Shown here in pieces: positions 25,645 to 38,617 of a stretch of 47,090 bases of DNA. This DNA comes from Octopus bimaculoides (lineage: Eukaryota). The stretch covers positions 29,367,006 through 29,414,095 of the forward strand of contig NC_068981.1 of assembly GCF_001194135.2 (NCBI RefSeq). Reading direction: 5' to 3'. Both the position numbers and the translations under genes were made by a program. How positions within the stretch are numbered: the first letter of the stretch is position 1; each line of letters starts with the position of its first letter. The notes under the pieces are model-generated. The model was not told the origin of the DNA. It was given only the letters and a program-made list of their open reading frames with translations, and did no database searches.

Positions 25645-25835
25645 ATATTCTATTACTCGTTTCAATCATTAAACTGCAGCCATACTGGGAGACTTCCTTG
25701 GAGAATCGTTTTCAAATAAATGGACCCCAGTACTTTTTTCTTTGTTTAAGCCTGCTACGTATTCTATCTGTGTCTTTTGCTGAAATGCTAACTCACAGGA
25801 ACGTAAACACACCAACACTGGTCATCAAGCAGTAG
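25645..25835 (-). mobile_element. SINE family A, diverged 3' half
   Basis: Reverse complement contains ggtgtgtttacgttcctgtgagttagc…gaatacgtagcaggctt…cccagtatggctgcagtttaatgattgaaacgag. Confidence 0.75.
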
Positions 25836-26377
25836 ATAATTTTATTACAAGATATTATTTATTTTCCAAAGTCATGAGGAAAGAAAGTCGGCGGGGTATA
25901 GTTCTCTACTTGTGCTCTAAAGAAAGATAAAGTCAGCGGGAATGCACACTTCTGTCGGGAAGTACCATATATCTTGTAGAGGTATATATCTTTATAGAGT
26001 GAGATTACAATCAGTGGAATAAAGGAAAATAAGACGAAACATACTTGGACAATTACACATATTGGAAATTAAATTTGTAAATATCACCAAGCATCAAGTA
26101 GAAAACCGCTCAGAGATAGTTTTTCTGCTAATAACTAAATAAATATTTACCATGCTATATCATTATTTAGTTTCACAAATGTAGCCTGTGATATAGTAAA
26201 TATAGTCTTCAATAGTATACGTTGATAAACCTTATTATACTTAAGCTTTTAACATGTTATGTAGAATTCGGTATACACTGCTTGGTAAAATCGTAATTCA
26301 ACAACTGAGACGCATAGCAAAATAAATAAATGCTTACGACAAATCTAATCGATATATCTGTATAGACACGCGCACAG

Positions 26378-26439
<62 letters not shown>

Positions 26440-27871
26440 GTTACATAAACATACATATATATACGTCTGGATAATGCGTGTGTATATTTGTATGTGCATG
26501 TATATGTAAGCGTGTGTTCACATATATATTTATGCGTNNNNNNNNNNNNNNNNNNNNNNNNNNNNNNNNNNNNNNNNNNNNNNNNNNNNNNNNNNNNNNN
26601 NNNNNNNNNNNNNNNNNNNNNNNNNNNNNNNNNNNNNNNNNNNTATATATATGTGTATACATATATGTATATACACACACACATATATGTATGTATGCAT
26701 GTATGTATGTATATATGTATTTATGTATGTATCTATGTATGTATGTATGTATATATGTATGTATGTTTGTATGTATGTATGTAGGTTTATGCATATACAT
26801 CACAGACAGACATAGGAACACAAACGTACACAGGCATACACACACACACTTATACACTTATATGACTGCATTAGTGCATGAGTGCATATGACTACGGACA
26901 TGTATGTGTGTGTAAGTGTGTATGTCTGTATGTGTATGCGTTTGCACGACACATACATACATTCAGTTCAGGGAGAAATGAGGCAAAGAATCTTGGTTTG
27001 AAACCCCAATAAAGTGAACGCTGATGGAAGTGAACCGAATCACAGTTTGGAGACAGTTGCACACAGGCAACTCGCTGTGTCGTCGTAAACTTCCTATGCG
27101 GTAGTCTGCCGAAGTACCTGACAACTGGTGCATACCTTTTTAGAGATTACATACACACACATATATATATGTACGGCTATGTATACATGTGTGAGAGTGG
27201 GATGTGCGGTTATGCTTGTTTGACTGTGGGTGTATTTCTTTCCTTGAGAATTCGTTTTGAAAGGCGAGCGTGTGAGCATGTGTATGTATGTATGTGTGTC
27301 TGCATACGTGAGTGTGGGCACATTTATACATACAGAGACGTATATTGGAATTCTTACATTCATGTATATTTCTATGATTTATAAAGTGTTTTGTATGTAT
27401 TTATTTTTAGGCCTAGCATTTGTAGAACTATCGTCTATGTATCCCTTTCTGACTCTAAGGTTTCTCTTTTGCTTTATGTCGTACATATATATCTGTGTGT
27501 ATGTGTTTGTGTATACACATACACACATACACTTACTCTCACACATTTATAAACATGTATGTTTATATATTCATATGCATATATATATATATATATATAT
27601 ATACAGACATATATAGGCATATATATATAGAGAGAGAGGGAGAGAGAGAGGCAGAGAGAGAGGCAGAGAGAGAGAGAGACAGACAGAGACAGATAGATAG
27701 ATAGATAGATAGATAGATGCCCATATATGAATATCGATATGTATACGCGTTTATGTATACATGTTTGTATATATGCAGGAATACATATGTTCGTATGTTT
27801 GTATCTGTGTGTGTATGGGTGTGTCTGTCTGTGTGCACGTGTTTGTGTGTGGGGGGTGAGTGTGTGTGTGT

Positions 27872-27902
<31 letters not shown>

Positions 27903-27905
27903 GTA

Positions 27906-27936
<31 letters not shown>

Positions 27937-28369
27937 GTGTATGCACAACTCTCTTAACGAAATGAACTTGCCGACATATTATCGAATTCTCTACCGCTGT
28001 GCGAGTTTCATTTCGACAATTCGACCACGAGGCCACCCTGTACGCTGACACCTACAATAAAAACAGCACCTTGGATGCTATCCTTGTATACCACAAACAT
28101 GTTGTCTTTTGGTTAGTATTCTATAAATATCTCTGACGGCTGATGAGTACATTTCTTTCAATATTTTACCATTTCATCTTTGATGACCTTCTAGACTTCA
28201 AATTTTAAAAAAAGACAACTAAATATAATTTGTTATATAACTTAGTTTTTGTTATGAAAATGCAGTGAAAAAATGATATTCCTTTATATATTTAGGTTCA
28301 TCTGCCACAAGGCCGAACGTTACTAATGGAGTAAAAATATAACCTTACGCATGCACCTCCCACACCTCA

Positions 28370-28590
28370 TTTTCATCACCATCATCGTCGTCATCATCAT
28401 CATCACTGCCATTAGTTTCATGACCACCATCATCATCATCACCACCATTATACTTATAACCATTTTCACTATAATCTTTCCCATAATCATCGTCGTCGTT
28501 GTCGTCGTCATCATCACCCTAATCGTCATCATCATAATCATCATCAGTGCCACCATCAGCATTGTTATAGATATAATCATTCTCGTCATT
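28370..28590. repeat. Degenerate (CAT/CGT)n trinucleotide tract
   Basis: Mixed atc/gtc repeats; source of the poly-Ile and poly-Met ORFs. Confidence 0.9.
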
Positions 28591-29641
28591 TACTTCATCT
28601 ACTTCGACCACGTACTGAACAAGAACTGCGATATCACTCGAACCTTGAACCTATTGCACTCTGAGTAACTAGCATGCCGATTATACCGTGGCGTACATAT
28701 GTTTGTCAAATAATTCCAGTTTCACACAGAGCCCATGAAATAGTTAATCAGCTATTATATAATTTGATTTTATGCTTAAGGACAAAAGTAAATCGCAAAA
28801 TAAAGATTATCAGTGCACCTGAGCACTGTATACAACAATTTCTTTCATATATGCATCAGCTATATGCGTGTGTGTGCCTCTGTGTGTCTGTGCGTGTAGG
28901 TGTACTTATATCAATCAAAACGTCGATATATATATATATGTAGATGTAAAAAGAAACAAAGATAGATATGATGCACAGCAACTTAAATGAACAAATGTAA
29001 ACAGCAAACAATGCCCGAAATATCGTTAGAATGTGATGTATATCTGTGTATGTGTGTGTATATTTATATAACTCACAGAATTTTATTCAATATTTCCAAC
29101 TGTACTAATATTGCATCTTTTTTGTACCATTTATATAGTACTTGTACTGTTTTAGAATCTACGATTTGATAATTTAAGCAAGTCTGTGTTCTTTTAAGTT
29201 CCAGATGTAGTATGAAAACGTTGTGTTTTTATCTACAGTATACCTAAACAACGAAGTATGATTATAGTTACATGATATTATGATTATAGCAGCATTCTTT
29301 TATAGTTTTACTTCTGCTAATACTTTATTGCGTTTACTTTTGGCTTGAATTCATGTAGTGTGCTTGTTAACGGACGCTGAATATTCGCTCATTCCAAGTA
29401 TCCTCAGGAACTGAGCAATTTTTGTGTATCGGCTCGTACTGTTACTGTATCTGTTGTGTGTACGGTGATCCCACTTTGTATATAACCAATCTTAACACTG
29501 ATGGACGGGGCGAAATTGTAATGGACGAAGAGGTTTCCGCAAGCTTCCTTTCGGTTGAATACCAGATGGGTGGACGACAACGTTAAGCTCACTTCATTCC
29601 ATGAAGGTGCCGCCGCAATAATGGAAACATTCAATGATACA

Positions 29642-29853
29642 CAGGTTTTCCACAAAGTCTGGGTACATGGGGATTAACACATACCGTAAGAAATTATTAT
29701 TTCTTATATTTAATTGTTTGTGTTATGATTTTACGTGCTCCATATACCCACATGGGGATTAATCCATACTTCAAGAAATCATTATTTCTTATATTTAATT
29801 GGTTATGTTATGATTTTATTTACTCCATGTACCCAGACTTTGTGGACACCCTG
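29642..29853. mobile_element. Tc1/mariner-type MITE with ~30 bp TIRs and an internal 85 bp tandem dimer
   Basis: Left end caggttttccacaaagtctgggtacatgg matches the reverse complement of right end ccatgtacccagactttgtggacaccctgTA. Internal units start at 29666 and 29751. Confidence 0.9.
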
Positions 29854-30100
29854 TAGACCAGCACCTGAACAACGATAATTCTGTCTCCTTTCTTGAATTT
29901 CGTTTAACCATCACTGACAGGGACCATATGTAGAAAATTGATTTCAAAATTTTAGTGTGTGGGACGAAGGAAAGCAAAGAAGGTACTATTTACGATTTGA
30001 TTTCATGCAGTAAATAAAATGTAATTAAAAATATTTACATTGGCTACCCTATCAACTTGACCATTAGGAACCATAAATTTCATAATTTTAGTAATGAAAT

Positions 30101-30431
30101 AAGGCCTCGAGCTGGCACAAATGTTAACGCGCTGGGCGAAATGCTGAGCGGTATTTCGTCTGCCGTTACGTTCTGAGTTCAAATTCCGCCGAGGTCGACT
30201 TTGCCTTTCATCCTTTCGGGGTCAATAAATTAAGTACCAGTTACGCATTGAAGTCGATGTAATCGACTTAATCCCTTTGTCTGTCCTTGTTTTTCCCCTC
30301 CATGTTTAGCCCCTTGTGGGCAATAAAGAAATAACAAACGTAAGTACCAGTTACGTACCAGGGTCGATCTAATCGACTGGCCCCCTCCCCATAAATTTCG
30401 GGCATGGACCTAGAGTAGAAAAGAAAGAATA
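30101..30431 (+). mobile_element. Composite SINE family B with 13 bp TSD
   Basis: TSD TTAGTAATGAAAT at 30088-30100 and 30432-30444. The aagtaccagttacg…gtcgat.taatcgact block occurs twice, each time followed by a different tail. Confidence 0.93.
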
Positions 30432-31679
30432 TTAGTAATGAAATCTACCTACAAATATTTCTTTTTTTTAATTGAATCGCATTTTATTTTCGCACCTAGC
30501 AGAATCGCAAGTACACCGNNNNNNNNNNNNNNNNNNNNNNNNNNNNNNNNNNNNNNNNNNNNNNNNNNNNNNNNNNNNNNNNNNNNNNNNNNNNNNNNNN
30601 NNNNNNNNNNNNNNNNNNNNNNNNNNNNNNNNNNNNNNNNNNNNNNNNNNNNNNNNNNNNNNNNNNNNNNNNNNNNNNNNNNNNNNNNNNNNNNNNNNNN
30701 NNNNNNNNNNNNNNNNNNNNNNNNNNNNNNNNNNNNNNNNNNNNNNNNNNNNNNNNNNNNNNNNNNNNNNNNNNNNNNNNNNNNNNNNNNNNNNNNNNNN
30801 NNNNNNNNNNNNNNNNNNNNNNNNNNNNNNNNNNNNNNNNNNNNNNNNNNNNNNNNNNNNNNNNNNNNNNNNNNNNNNNNNNNNNNNNNNNNNNNNNNNN
30901 NNNNNNNNNNNNNNNNNNNNNNNNNNNNNNNNNNNNNNNNNNNNNNNNNNNNNNNNNNNNNNNNNNNNNNNNNNNNNNNNNNNNNNNNNNNNNNNNNNNN
31001 NNNNNNNNNNNNNNNNNNNNNNNNNNNNNNNNNNNNNNNNNNNNNNNNNNNNNNNNNNNNNNNNNNNNNNNNNNNNNNNNNNNNNCCTCCCTCCCTCCTT
31101 CACTCTCTGTATCTCTTTCTCTATGTCTCTGTCTGCCTGACTCTCTCCCTCCATTCCTCTCCCTCTGACAGTGTTTATCACTCTCTATTTCAAATTCCCC
31201 ATTCTGATTTTCTATATCTCTCTACCAACTTGTTCACACACAGACACACTAAGACGCACACATTCATCTGACGCCCTTAACTTTTTACTCAAACACGTCT
31301 CATTTCCCTCCCTTTCTTACTCTTTTCAGCAGGATTTCCTTTAACCCTACATTTTCTTTCCCCTCTCAATCTCATTTCATTTCACCACATCTTTATACAC
31401 ACATTCACACACACATGTATATATACACATACCTACACTTACGTATGTGCGTGCATGTGTGTGTGTGTATACAACATATCACACGACACATCACTTCACA
31501 ACACACCACCACGCACACACTAACACTGACCAATTCCCTTCCCCACATTTCCACACCTTCACACTTACATACACACATAAATACGTTAAGATCACCAGCA
31601 TTCTCTCACACACAAGCAACTTCTCGTCTTGGGTTCACCACTTCTTTGTTATCTCCCCTTTTTCTTAGCTCTCCTGTGT

Positions 31680-31899
31680 GATCCTTCTGTCCGGCATTCG
31701 CCATGATAGATCGCTGACCACTACATTTATGTTTTTTTTTCTCCTTGTTTCTCTCCTTATTTCGTTCTGTGTTCCTTTCAGTTGAAGAGCGTAGGCTCGA
31801 AACGTCAAAGACATTCTCTATTCCCGAGCGTTAAACTAATACATCCATTTGTTGTTTACACCGCCTGTCTTCGTCTGTTGTTTTTTCGTAAATTCTCCC
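31680..31899 (+). mobile_element. Penelope-like (pseudo-LTR-derived) repeat with hammerhead-like motif, ending at (TA)n
   Basis: CTTT-CAGTTGAA-GAGC-gtag-GCTC-GAAAC-GTC-AAAG at 31775-31810. The element ends …aattctccc directly before (TA)n. The 5' boundary is approximate. Confidence 0.6.
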
Positions 31900-32140
31900 A
31901 TATATATATATCCCTCCTCCACCATAAAACACCTTACTGAGATCTCATCCCATTCTTGCATTTAAATATATTCTCTTTATTGTTCCGTTCCTCTCGTTTT
32001 CTCTCCTACTCTTCTTTCATTCCCCCTCTCTCACTCTCTCTTTGTATCTGTGGCACATTGTTTCACTCATTGTTTTCTCTCTTTAATTTTCACTTCCTTT
32101 AACGCATGTTCTGTTCACACTGACCGTCTACCTAGATTAT

Positions 32141-32184
<44 letters not shown>

Positions 32185-32255
32185 ATACCTACCTACCTAC
32201 CTACCTACCTACCTACCTACCTACCTACCTACCAACCTATCTATCTATTTATCTA

Positions 32256-32291
<36 letters not shown>

Positions 32292-33759
32292 TATATATAT
32301 NNNNNNNNNNNNNNNNNNNNNNNNNNNNNNNNNNNNNNNNNNNNNNNNNNNNNNNNNNNNNNNNNNNNNNNNNNNNNNNNNNNNNNNNNNNNNNNNNNNN
32401 NNNNNNNNNNNNNNNNNNNNNNNNNNNNNNNNNNNNNNNNNNNNNNNNNNNNNNNNNNNNNNNNNNNNNNNNNNNNNNNNNNNNNNNNNNNNNNNNNNNN
32501 NNNNNNNNNNNNNNNNNNNNNNNNNNNNNNNNNNNNNNNNNNNNNNNNNNNNNNNNNNNNNNNNNNNNNNNNNNNNNNNNNNNNNNNNNNNNNNNNNNNN
32601 NNNNNNNNNNNNNNNNNNNNNNNNNNNNNNNNNNNNNNNNNNNNNNNNNNNNNNNNNNNNNNNNNNNNNNNNNNNNNNNNNNNNNNNNNNNNNNNNNNNN
32701 NNNNNNNNNNNNNNNNNNNNNNNNNNNNNNNNNNNNNNNNNNNNNNNNNNNNNNNNNNNNNNNNNNNNNNNNNNNNNNNNNNNNNNNNNNNNNNNNNNNN
32801 NNNNNNNNNNNNNNNNNNNNNNNNNNNNNNNNNNNNNNNNNNNNNNNNNNNNNNNNNNNNNNNNNNNNNNNNNNNNNNNNNNNNNNNNNNNNNNNNNNNN
32901 NNNNNNNNNNNNNNNNNNNNNNNNNNNNNNNNNNNNNNNNNNNNNNNNNNNNNNNNNNNNNNNNNNNNNNNNNNNNNNNNNNNNNNNNNNNNNNNNNNNN
33001 NNNNNNNNNNNNNNNNNNNNNNNNNNNNNNNNNNNNNNNNNNNNNNNNNNNNNNNNNNNNNNNNNNNNNNNNNNNNNNNNNNNNNNNNNNNNNNNNNNNN
33101 NNNNATATATATATATATATATATAACTATTTATCTATCAATTCGCTTATCTATCTAGCTAGCTATTTGTCTATCTATCTAATTATCAAGCTATGTATTT
33201 GTCTGTTCCTCTGCATGTATCTATTTATCCATCGTTCTATCTATCTATAGAGAGACAGCTATTTTTCTCCTTCACTCTGTGTCTATGTTTATGTCTATCC
33301 CTTTCATTCTGATCGCCTTCCTCACAGTTTCCCAGTCCTATTTTCTCTCACTTACATCTCCACATATTCCCGCCTTCCTCCTCTAACTTAAAACCCTCCC
33401 ACTCCCGTTCCCTTCCCCTCTTCAATTCTCCCTTTCTCTCCCAATTCTCATAATTTTCCATCATATTTTTTTTTATATTTTACTTTTCGATCTTCTTATT
33501 TTGATGTTCTTAACACTGTTGTTGCAGCTGCAACAGATATAACACTACAATTATAGCAGCGATCATATTTTCTTTATTTTACAAATTTTTTTCGAGCAAC
33601 ATCCCTTACTTCCATACCCACCACTCATTCACCTTTATTTCTTCCTTCTCTTAAAATCTTCTGCCTTTATTTTCCTATTACTCTTATATTTTTCTTTTTC
33701 CTTTTTACTTTACTATTTCACATCAGAAATTGTTTAGAAATTATATACGCGTATATCTA

Positions 33760-33767
33760 TCTATCTA

Positions 33768-33807
<40 letters not shown>

Positions 33808-34178
33808 TGCATATATACATATATATATATATACATGCATACATATACATACATATATATACACACATATATACACATATATGTATATATGTATATAGAT
33901 ATACATACATACATATATACATATATATGTATATATACACACACATATATACATAAATATATATACGTATATATATACATACACACACATGCATATATAT
34001 TCATAAATATGTGTATATGTATATACGTATATATGCGTATATATATGTGTGTGTGCTTGTGTATGTGTAAGCATTTATAATATATGTGTTGATATAAACA
34101 TACACACACATACAAACACACATATATACACATATATATACACATATGTATATATATATACACATACATATACACACA

Positions 34179-34235
<57 letters not shown>

Positions 34236-34318
34236 GCATACATACATACACATGCATATATATTCATAAATATGTGTGTATGTATATACGTATATATACG
34301 TATATATGTATATATACG

Positions 34319-34374
<56 letters not shown>

Positions 34375-34461
34375 CGCGTGTGTGTGTGTACGCATTTACT
34401 ATATATATGTGTGTTTATAAACATACACACACACACATATGCACACATACACACACACACA

Positions 34462-34500
<39 letters not shown>
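33760..34500. repeat. Compound TA/CA/TG microsatellite field
   Basis: Alternating purine-pyrimidine repeats. A ~50 bp variant block (catgcatatatattcataaatatgtgt…) recurs near 33980 and 34250. Confidence 0.95.
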
Positions 34501-34503
<3 letters not shown>

Positions 34504-34800
34504 AAATTCCTCCTTTCATTTCGTTTCATCCTGGCGGCAGTAAGGCAGCCTGGTTTATTACGCTCTTTCATTAATTTTGGCTACAGAAACTGTATCGAAA
34601 GTCCTCGCTCGGGGCAAATTTCTATACGTATAACATTAACAACTATAAGAAGAAGAATATCTAACATACAAAAGTAAGAACACATAATAAAAATTGAATC
34701 AAATAATATGCATGTGCACATACATGCATTGATATATGCATGCACGCGTGCACTCACACAACATATAATATAACGTAACAGAATGTAACATAATATATAT

Positions 34801-34854
<54 letters not shown>

Positions 34855-35139
34855 GGATGTATGTATGTTTGTATGTATAAAAGGTGATCATATTCTTTTA
34901 CTTCTGAGGATTATATTTAGATCCATATTATTAAAGCAGGTAGCATTGAGAATTTGCAGAAGATGATGCAGATTTATAATAGAATTATTACGGTTTAGAT
35001 AGCGTACGTTGTAGCATTAAGCTATTGTTTTTGTTTTTGTGTTTCCTTTTCGTTTTTGCCTTTCATTTCCCATCATTCGCTTGCATTACTTCCTATTTCC
35101 TCATTTCGTCGACCTTGTGGTGGTCGTCTTCGACGTCGT

Positions 35140-35168
35140 TGTCGCTATCATCATCGGCATCACCATCG

Positions 35169-35206
<38 letters not shown>

Positions 35207-35219
35207 GGCATCACCACAG

Positions 35220-35283
<64 letters not shown>

Positions 35284-35335
35284 CATCATTGTCATCATCA
35301 TCATCATCACCATCATTACTATCATCATCGTCACC
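35140..35335. repeat. (CAT)n microsatellite with CAC variants
   Basis: Trinucleotide run; source of the poly-His, poly-Ser, poly-Asp and poly-Met ORFs. Confidence 0.98.
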
Positions 35336-35581
35336 AGCAGTAACTCCTATTATTGTTGTTGCCTGCGCGTCATTGCCTCTTATTACTGTCATCATATTCA
35401 TTCAATGTTGTCGCCGTTTGTCATTGTCGTCATCGTCATCATCCTCGTTGTCACTATTATGACATTGATCATCACATTCACGAGTATCATTAGGTTTCGA
35501 CCTCAAAATTATCATCTCTATCATCATTATTAATTCCCACAAAGATAGACATTATTATAATAAACAAAACATTCTCATGAC

Positions 35582-36225
35582 GTCTGGGGTTATGTCAAAC
35601 AACTGCTGTCACGTGTGGGACGGATCCGTCTGTCGGCTGTGTCTGCGGTGATGATCGCCCCGCCGCTCTCCTTCAATCGGGCAGGCAAAGTTTTCGTTTG
35701 CCTGGTGACTGTGGCGAAAGAGGTTGTTTCGTGGACAAGGCTGAAAAGCATGAGGACAGATATATTCCACTTTGGTAGAGCTCCCGTTGACTTTTTCAAG
35801 GTTCACTCCAAAATGAAATTGAGAGTGGGGAGAAAAGTGCTGTCCTCCAGCGAGTTTATTGAAAGGTGGGTGAAAGTTATACAAATGGCAAGAGTGGATG
35901 ATACTTCTCTAAGTGTAGACCTGTGAGTCCCAGAGAAGGAATTGGAGAGGGCACTTGCTCTTGGTGTTCAGGGAAATCTCGGACAGTGGGGGTCCCCGAT
36001 TATCCCTTGAGGTCCACCTGTATCAGGAGGGCCACACCTCAGTCATCCCCACGGCTATCTTTTTTCTAAACCTTTTAATGCTATGTACATGTCCCTTCTT
36101 TTTCAGTCTATAGTTACTTTCAAGTATAGTTACTTACTTTTTTTATTATTTCATTATAAATAAACCCCTACACTCTATGTCCTGTCTCTGTATTGTCCCC
36201 CACATTCTTTGCCCTTGTGGAGTTT
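35582..36225 (+). mobile_element. 5'-truncated L1/Tx1-clade LINE (ORF2 C-terminus plus 3' UTR)
   Basis: Open frame WGYVKQLLSRVGRIRLS…VFVCLVTVAKEVVSWTRLK…FFKVHSKMKLRVGRKVLSSSEFIERWVKV…SVDL* (stop at 35926) fits the post-zinc-finger C-terminus of Tx1-type ORF2. A pyrimidine-rich 3' UTR follows. Confidence 0.75.
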
Positions 36226-36633
36226 TGTTTGGTCAAAGAGGTTTTTCCCTCTTTCTCAAAGGCTGTCATTACTTTCGACACAGTACTTCTTGATACATCA
36301 AACATTACGGCTGTTTTCCTTACGCTAGCACCTGCCATACGGGCACCAACAATTTGACTATTGAAAGTCCGATAGATCTGTCATTTTAATGAATTTTAAT
36401 TACAATTTACTGATGATATCTGAAAAGAAACGGCAATTTTAGCGAAACATATTAAGCAACATTAATAATAAATCAGAAAAACAAGGAAATAAACAAGCTT
36501 TGGACGGTTTTATAGATATTTCAAAGTTATGATGCTATGGTGCTAAGTGTTTCCATTATTTTGTCCAACCCTGTATTTAGGTTAGAGACCGTCAAATAGT
36601 TAAAGACATATATATTTGCATATATGTATGCAT

Positions 36634-36710
<77 letters not shown>

Positions 36711-37242
36711 CTCCTCCGTCTTTTTTTAATTTTTCCTCGCCTTATGTCTCCCCTCATCCTTCTCTCTCTCCCTCACTTTTCTCTCCTGTATGATATCTCA
36801 GTCTTTTTCTATCTCTCTTACCGTATTTCTTTCTTTCCATTTCTCTATCACGCTCTCTTCCTCTCTCTTCCTCTTCCTCCCTCTGTCTCTCTTATGATAT
36901 GTAACCCTACTCCTTCTTTCTGTCTTTCTGTGTAGCTATCGCTAATGGTATCTCATTCTTTCACTATTTCTCTAACATTGTATTTCTGTGTGAGTACCCT
37001 TATGTGAATTTTCCACACGAAACTCTGCAGATGTGAAACGATATTGAATTTCACCCCTAAAAGCTAAATTTTGTTGTGAGCTTCCCAAATGTAGAAAGTG
37101 ACAAAAGTGTAGTGACATAATCTCATGAATATAAGAGTGATTAATCTCAAAATCTAACCGAATACACTGAAAAATAGAAATGAAATAGTGTATGGTCTTT
37201 GCATTAACAACAGTAACACTCAGAACCTGTTCAATTCAACAA

Positions 37243-37625
37243 GATTGGCCCTCCGTCTCTTACGACGACGAGGGTTCCTGTTGATCCGATCAACTGAACA
37301 GCCTGCTCGTGAAATTAACGTGCAAGTGGCTGAGCACTCCATAGACACGTGTACTCTTAAAGTAGTTCTCGGGGATATTTAGTGTGACACAGTGTGACAA
37401 CGCTGACCCTTTGATTTACAGGCACAAGAGAAACGGGAAGAAAGAGTGAGAGAAAGTTGTGGTGAAAGAGTACAGCAGGGTTCGCCACCATCCCCTGTCG
37501 GAGCCTCGTGGAGCTTTAGGTGTTTTCGCTCAATAAACACTCACAACGCCCGGTCTGGGAATCGAAACTGCGATCCTATGACCGCGAGTCCTCTGCCCTA
37601 ACCACTGAACCATTGCGCCTCCACA
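37243..37625 (-). mobile_element. Full-length tRNA-derived SINE, family C, with 11 bp TSD
   Basis: Head ggaggcgcaatggttcagtggttagggcag…gtttcgattccc. TSD CAATTCAACAA at 37232-37242 and 37626-37636. Confidence 0.95.
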
Positions 37626-37729
37626 CAATTCAACAACATAACCACGAAAAGGACGGACTACATTCCACATATAGCAGGCATATATCACTTAAACCTCGGC
37701 TTATAAAATGGAAGGATATGTATATTATG

Positions 37730-37916
37730 TATGGGTGCTGAAAAGTTCCAAGATTTAAGGGTGTTGCGAAAGACCTGATTGGATGCCGAACCATCCGAGT
37801 TCTTTTGCAGGGCTTAGAAAAACTGAAATAAGTGTGTGAATGTGAGAGTTGAATAACGAACTGATCCTCCCGTATTTTCTTGTACCCAAAGCCAGGAAGT
37901 CTTCAGAATCGCGATA
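37730..37916 (+). mobile_element. Mariner-derived MITE
   Basis: TIR-like ends tatgggtgctgaaaagttcc and ggaagtcttcagaatcgcgata. The internal gggcttagaaaaactgaa…aagtgtgtgaat…ttgaataa resembles a transposase C-terminus (GLEKL…KCV…E*). Confidence 0.75.
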
Positions 37917-38104
37917 TTAAATGATTTTCAGTCGTCTACTGTCATTGTGTTTTACTAGAATTAGATAGATTTAGAAAAGAAAAGAAAGAAATCAAACGAC
38001 AGGAGGGAAAAGTTTGACAAAATTAACCTCGTCTGCCATCAACATAACCATGCGGTAAATGACATGGACTTTTCTATGCAAGAACGCTTAGTAACGGATG
38101 TCAG

Positions 38105-38235
38105 TTTTCTTTACGCGTCCGTAAAATAGCGGTTCGGCAAAGAGGGTCCGACAGAATAAGCACCGGGATTAAGAAAGGTTGTTCCCCAGCATAGGTGCAG
38201 CCGACAGACTGAAAGAAGTAAACCAATAAAAGAGC
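38105..38235 (+). mobile_element. SINE family A-related 3' fragment
   Basis: tttacgcgtccgtaaaatagcggttcggcaaagag…cagaataagcacc…ccccagcat…gactgaaagaagtaaa. Confidence 0.75.
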
Positions 38236-38256
38236 ACAAACACACAAACACACACG

Positions 38257-38384
<128 letters not shown>

Positions 38385-38429
38385 TATATATAAATATATA
38401 TATATGCAAATATATATAAACACACACAT

Positions 38430-38617
38430 GTGAATCGTTGGCGATTTTCTTCCCTCGTGTTCCCTTGTTTTGGACTTTCCTCTATTTCTGGAGAAGAGCT
38501 TTGCTCGAAACGTTAAATCTTCTTTCTTTCCTTTCCTGAGGGTCTGATAATGCATTACCTTTACCACGTCCTCACGTTGTTGTTTTTCATGTTTGTTCTT
38601 CTTTCTTTGGATTCACT
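38430..38617 (+). mobile_element. Penelope-like repeat with hammerhead-like motif, embedded in microsatellite
   Basis: ATTT-CTGGAGAA-GAGC-ttt-GCTC-GAAAC-GTT-AAAT at 38484-38518. The ends are GTGAATC…GATTCAC, followed by (TA)n. Confidence 0.6.

Noticed and set aside
29400-29640. GC-richer segment with an 83 aa minus-strand ORF
   Set aside because: No motif or splice support was found.
35025-35533. Poly-His, poly-Ser and poly-Asp ORFs
   Set aside because: They come from a (CAT)n microsatellite open in many frames, with no splice or domain evidence.
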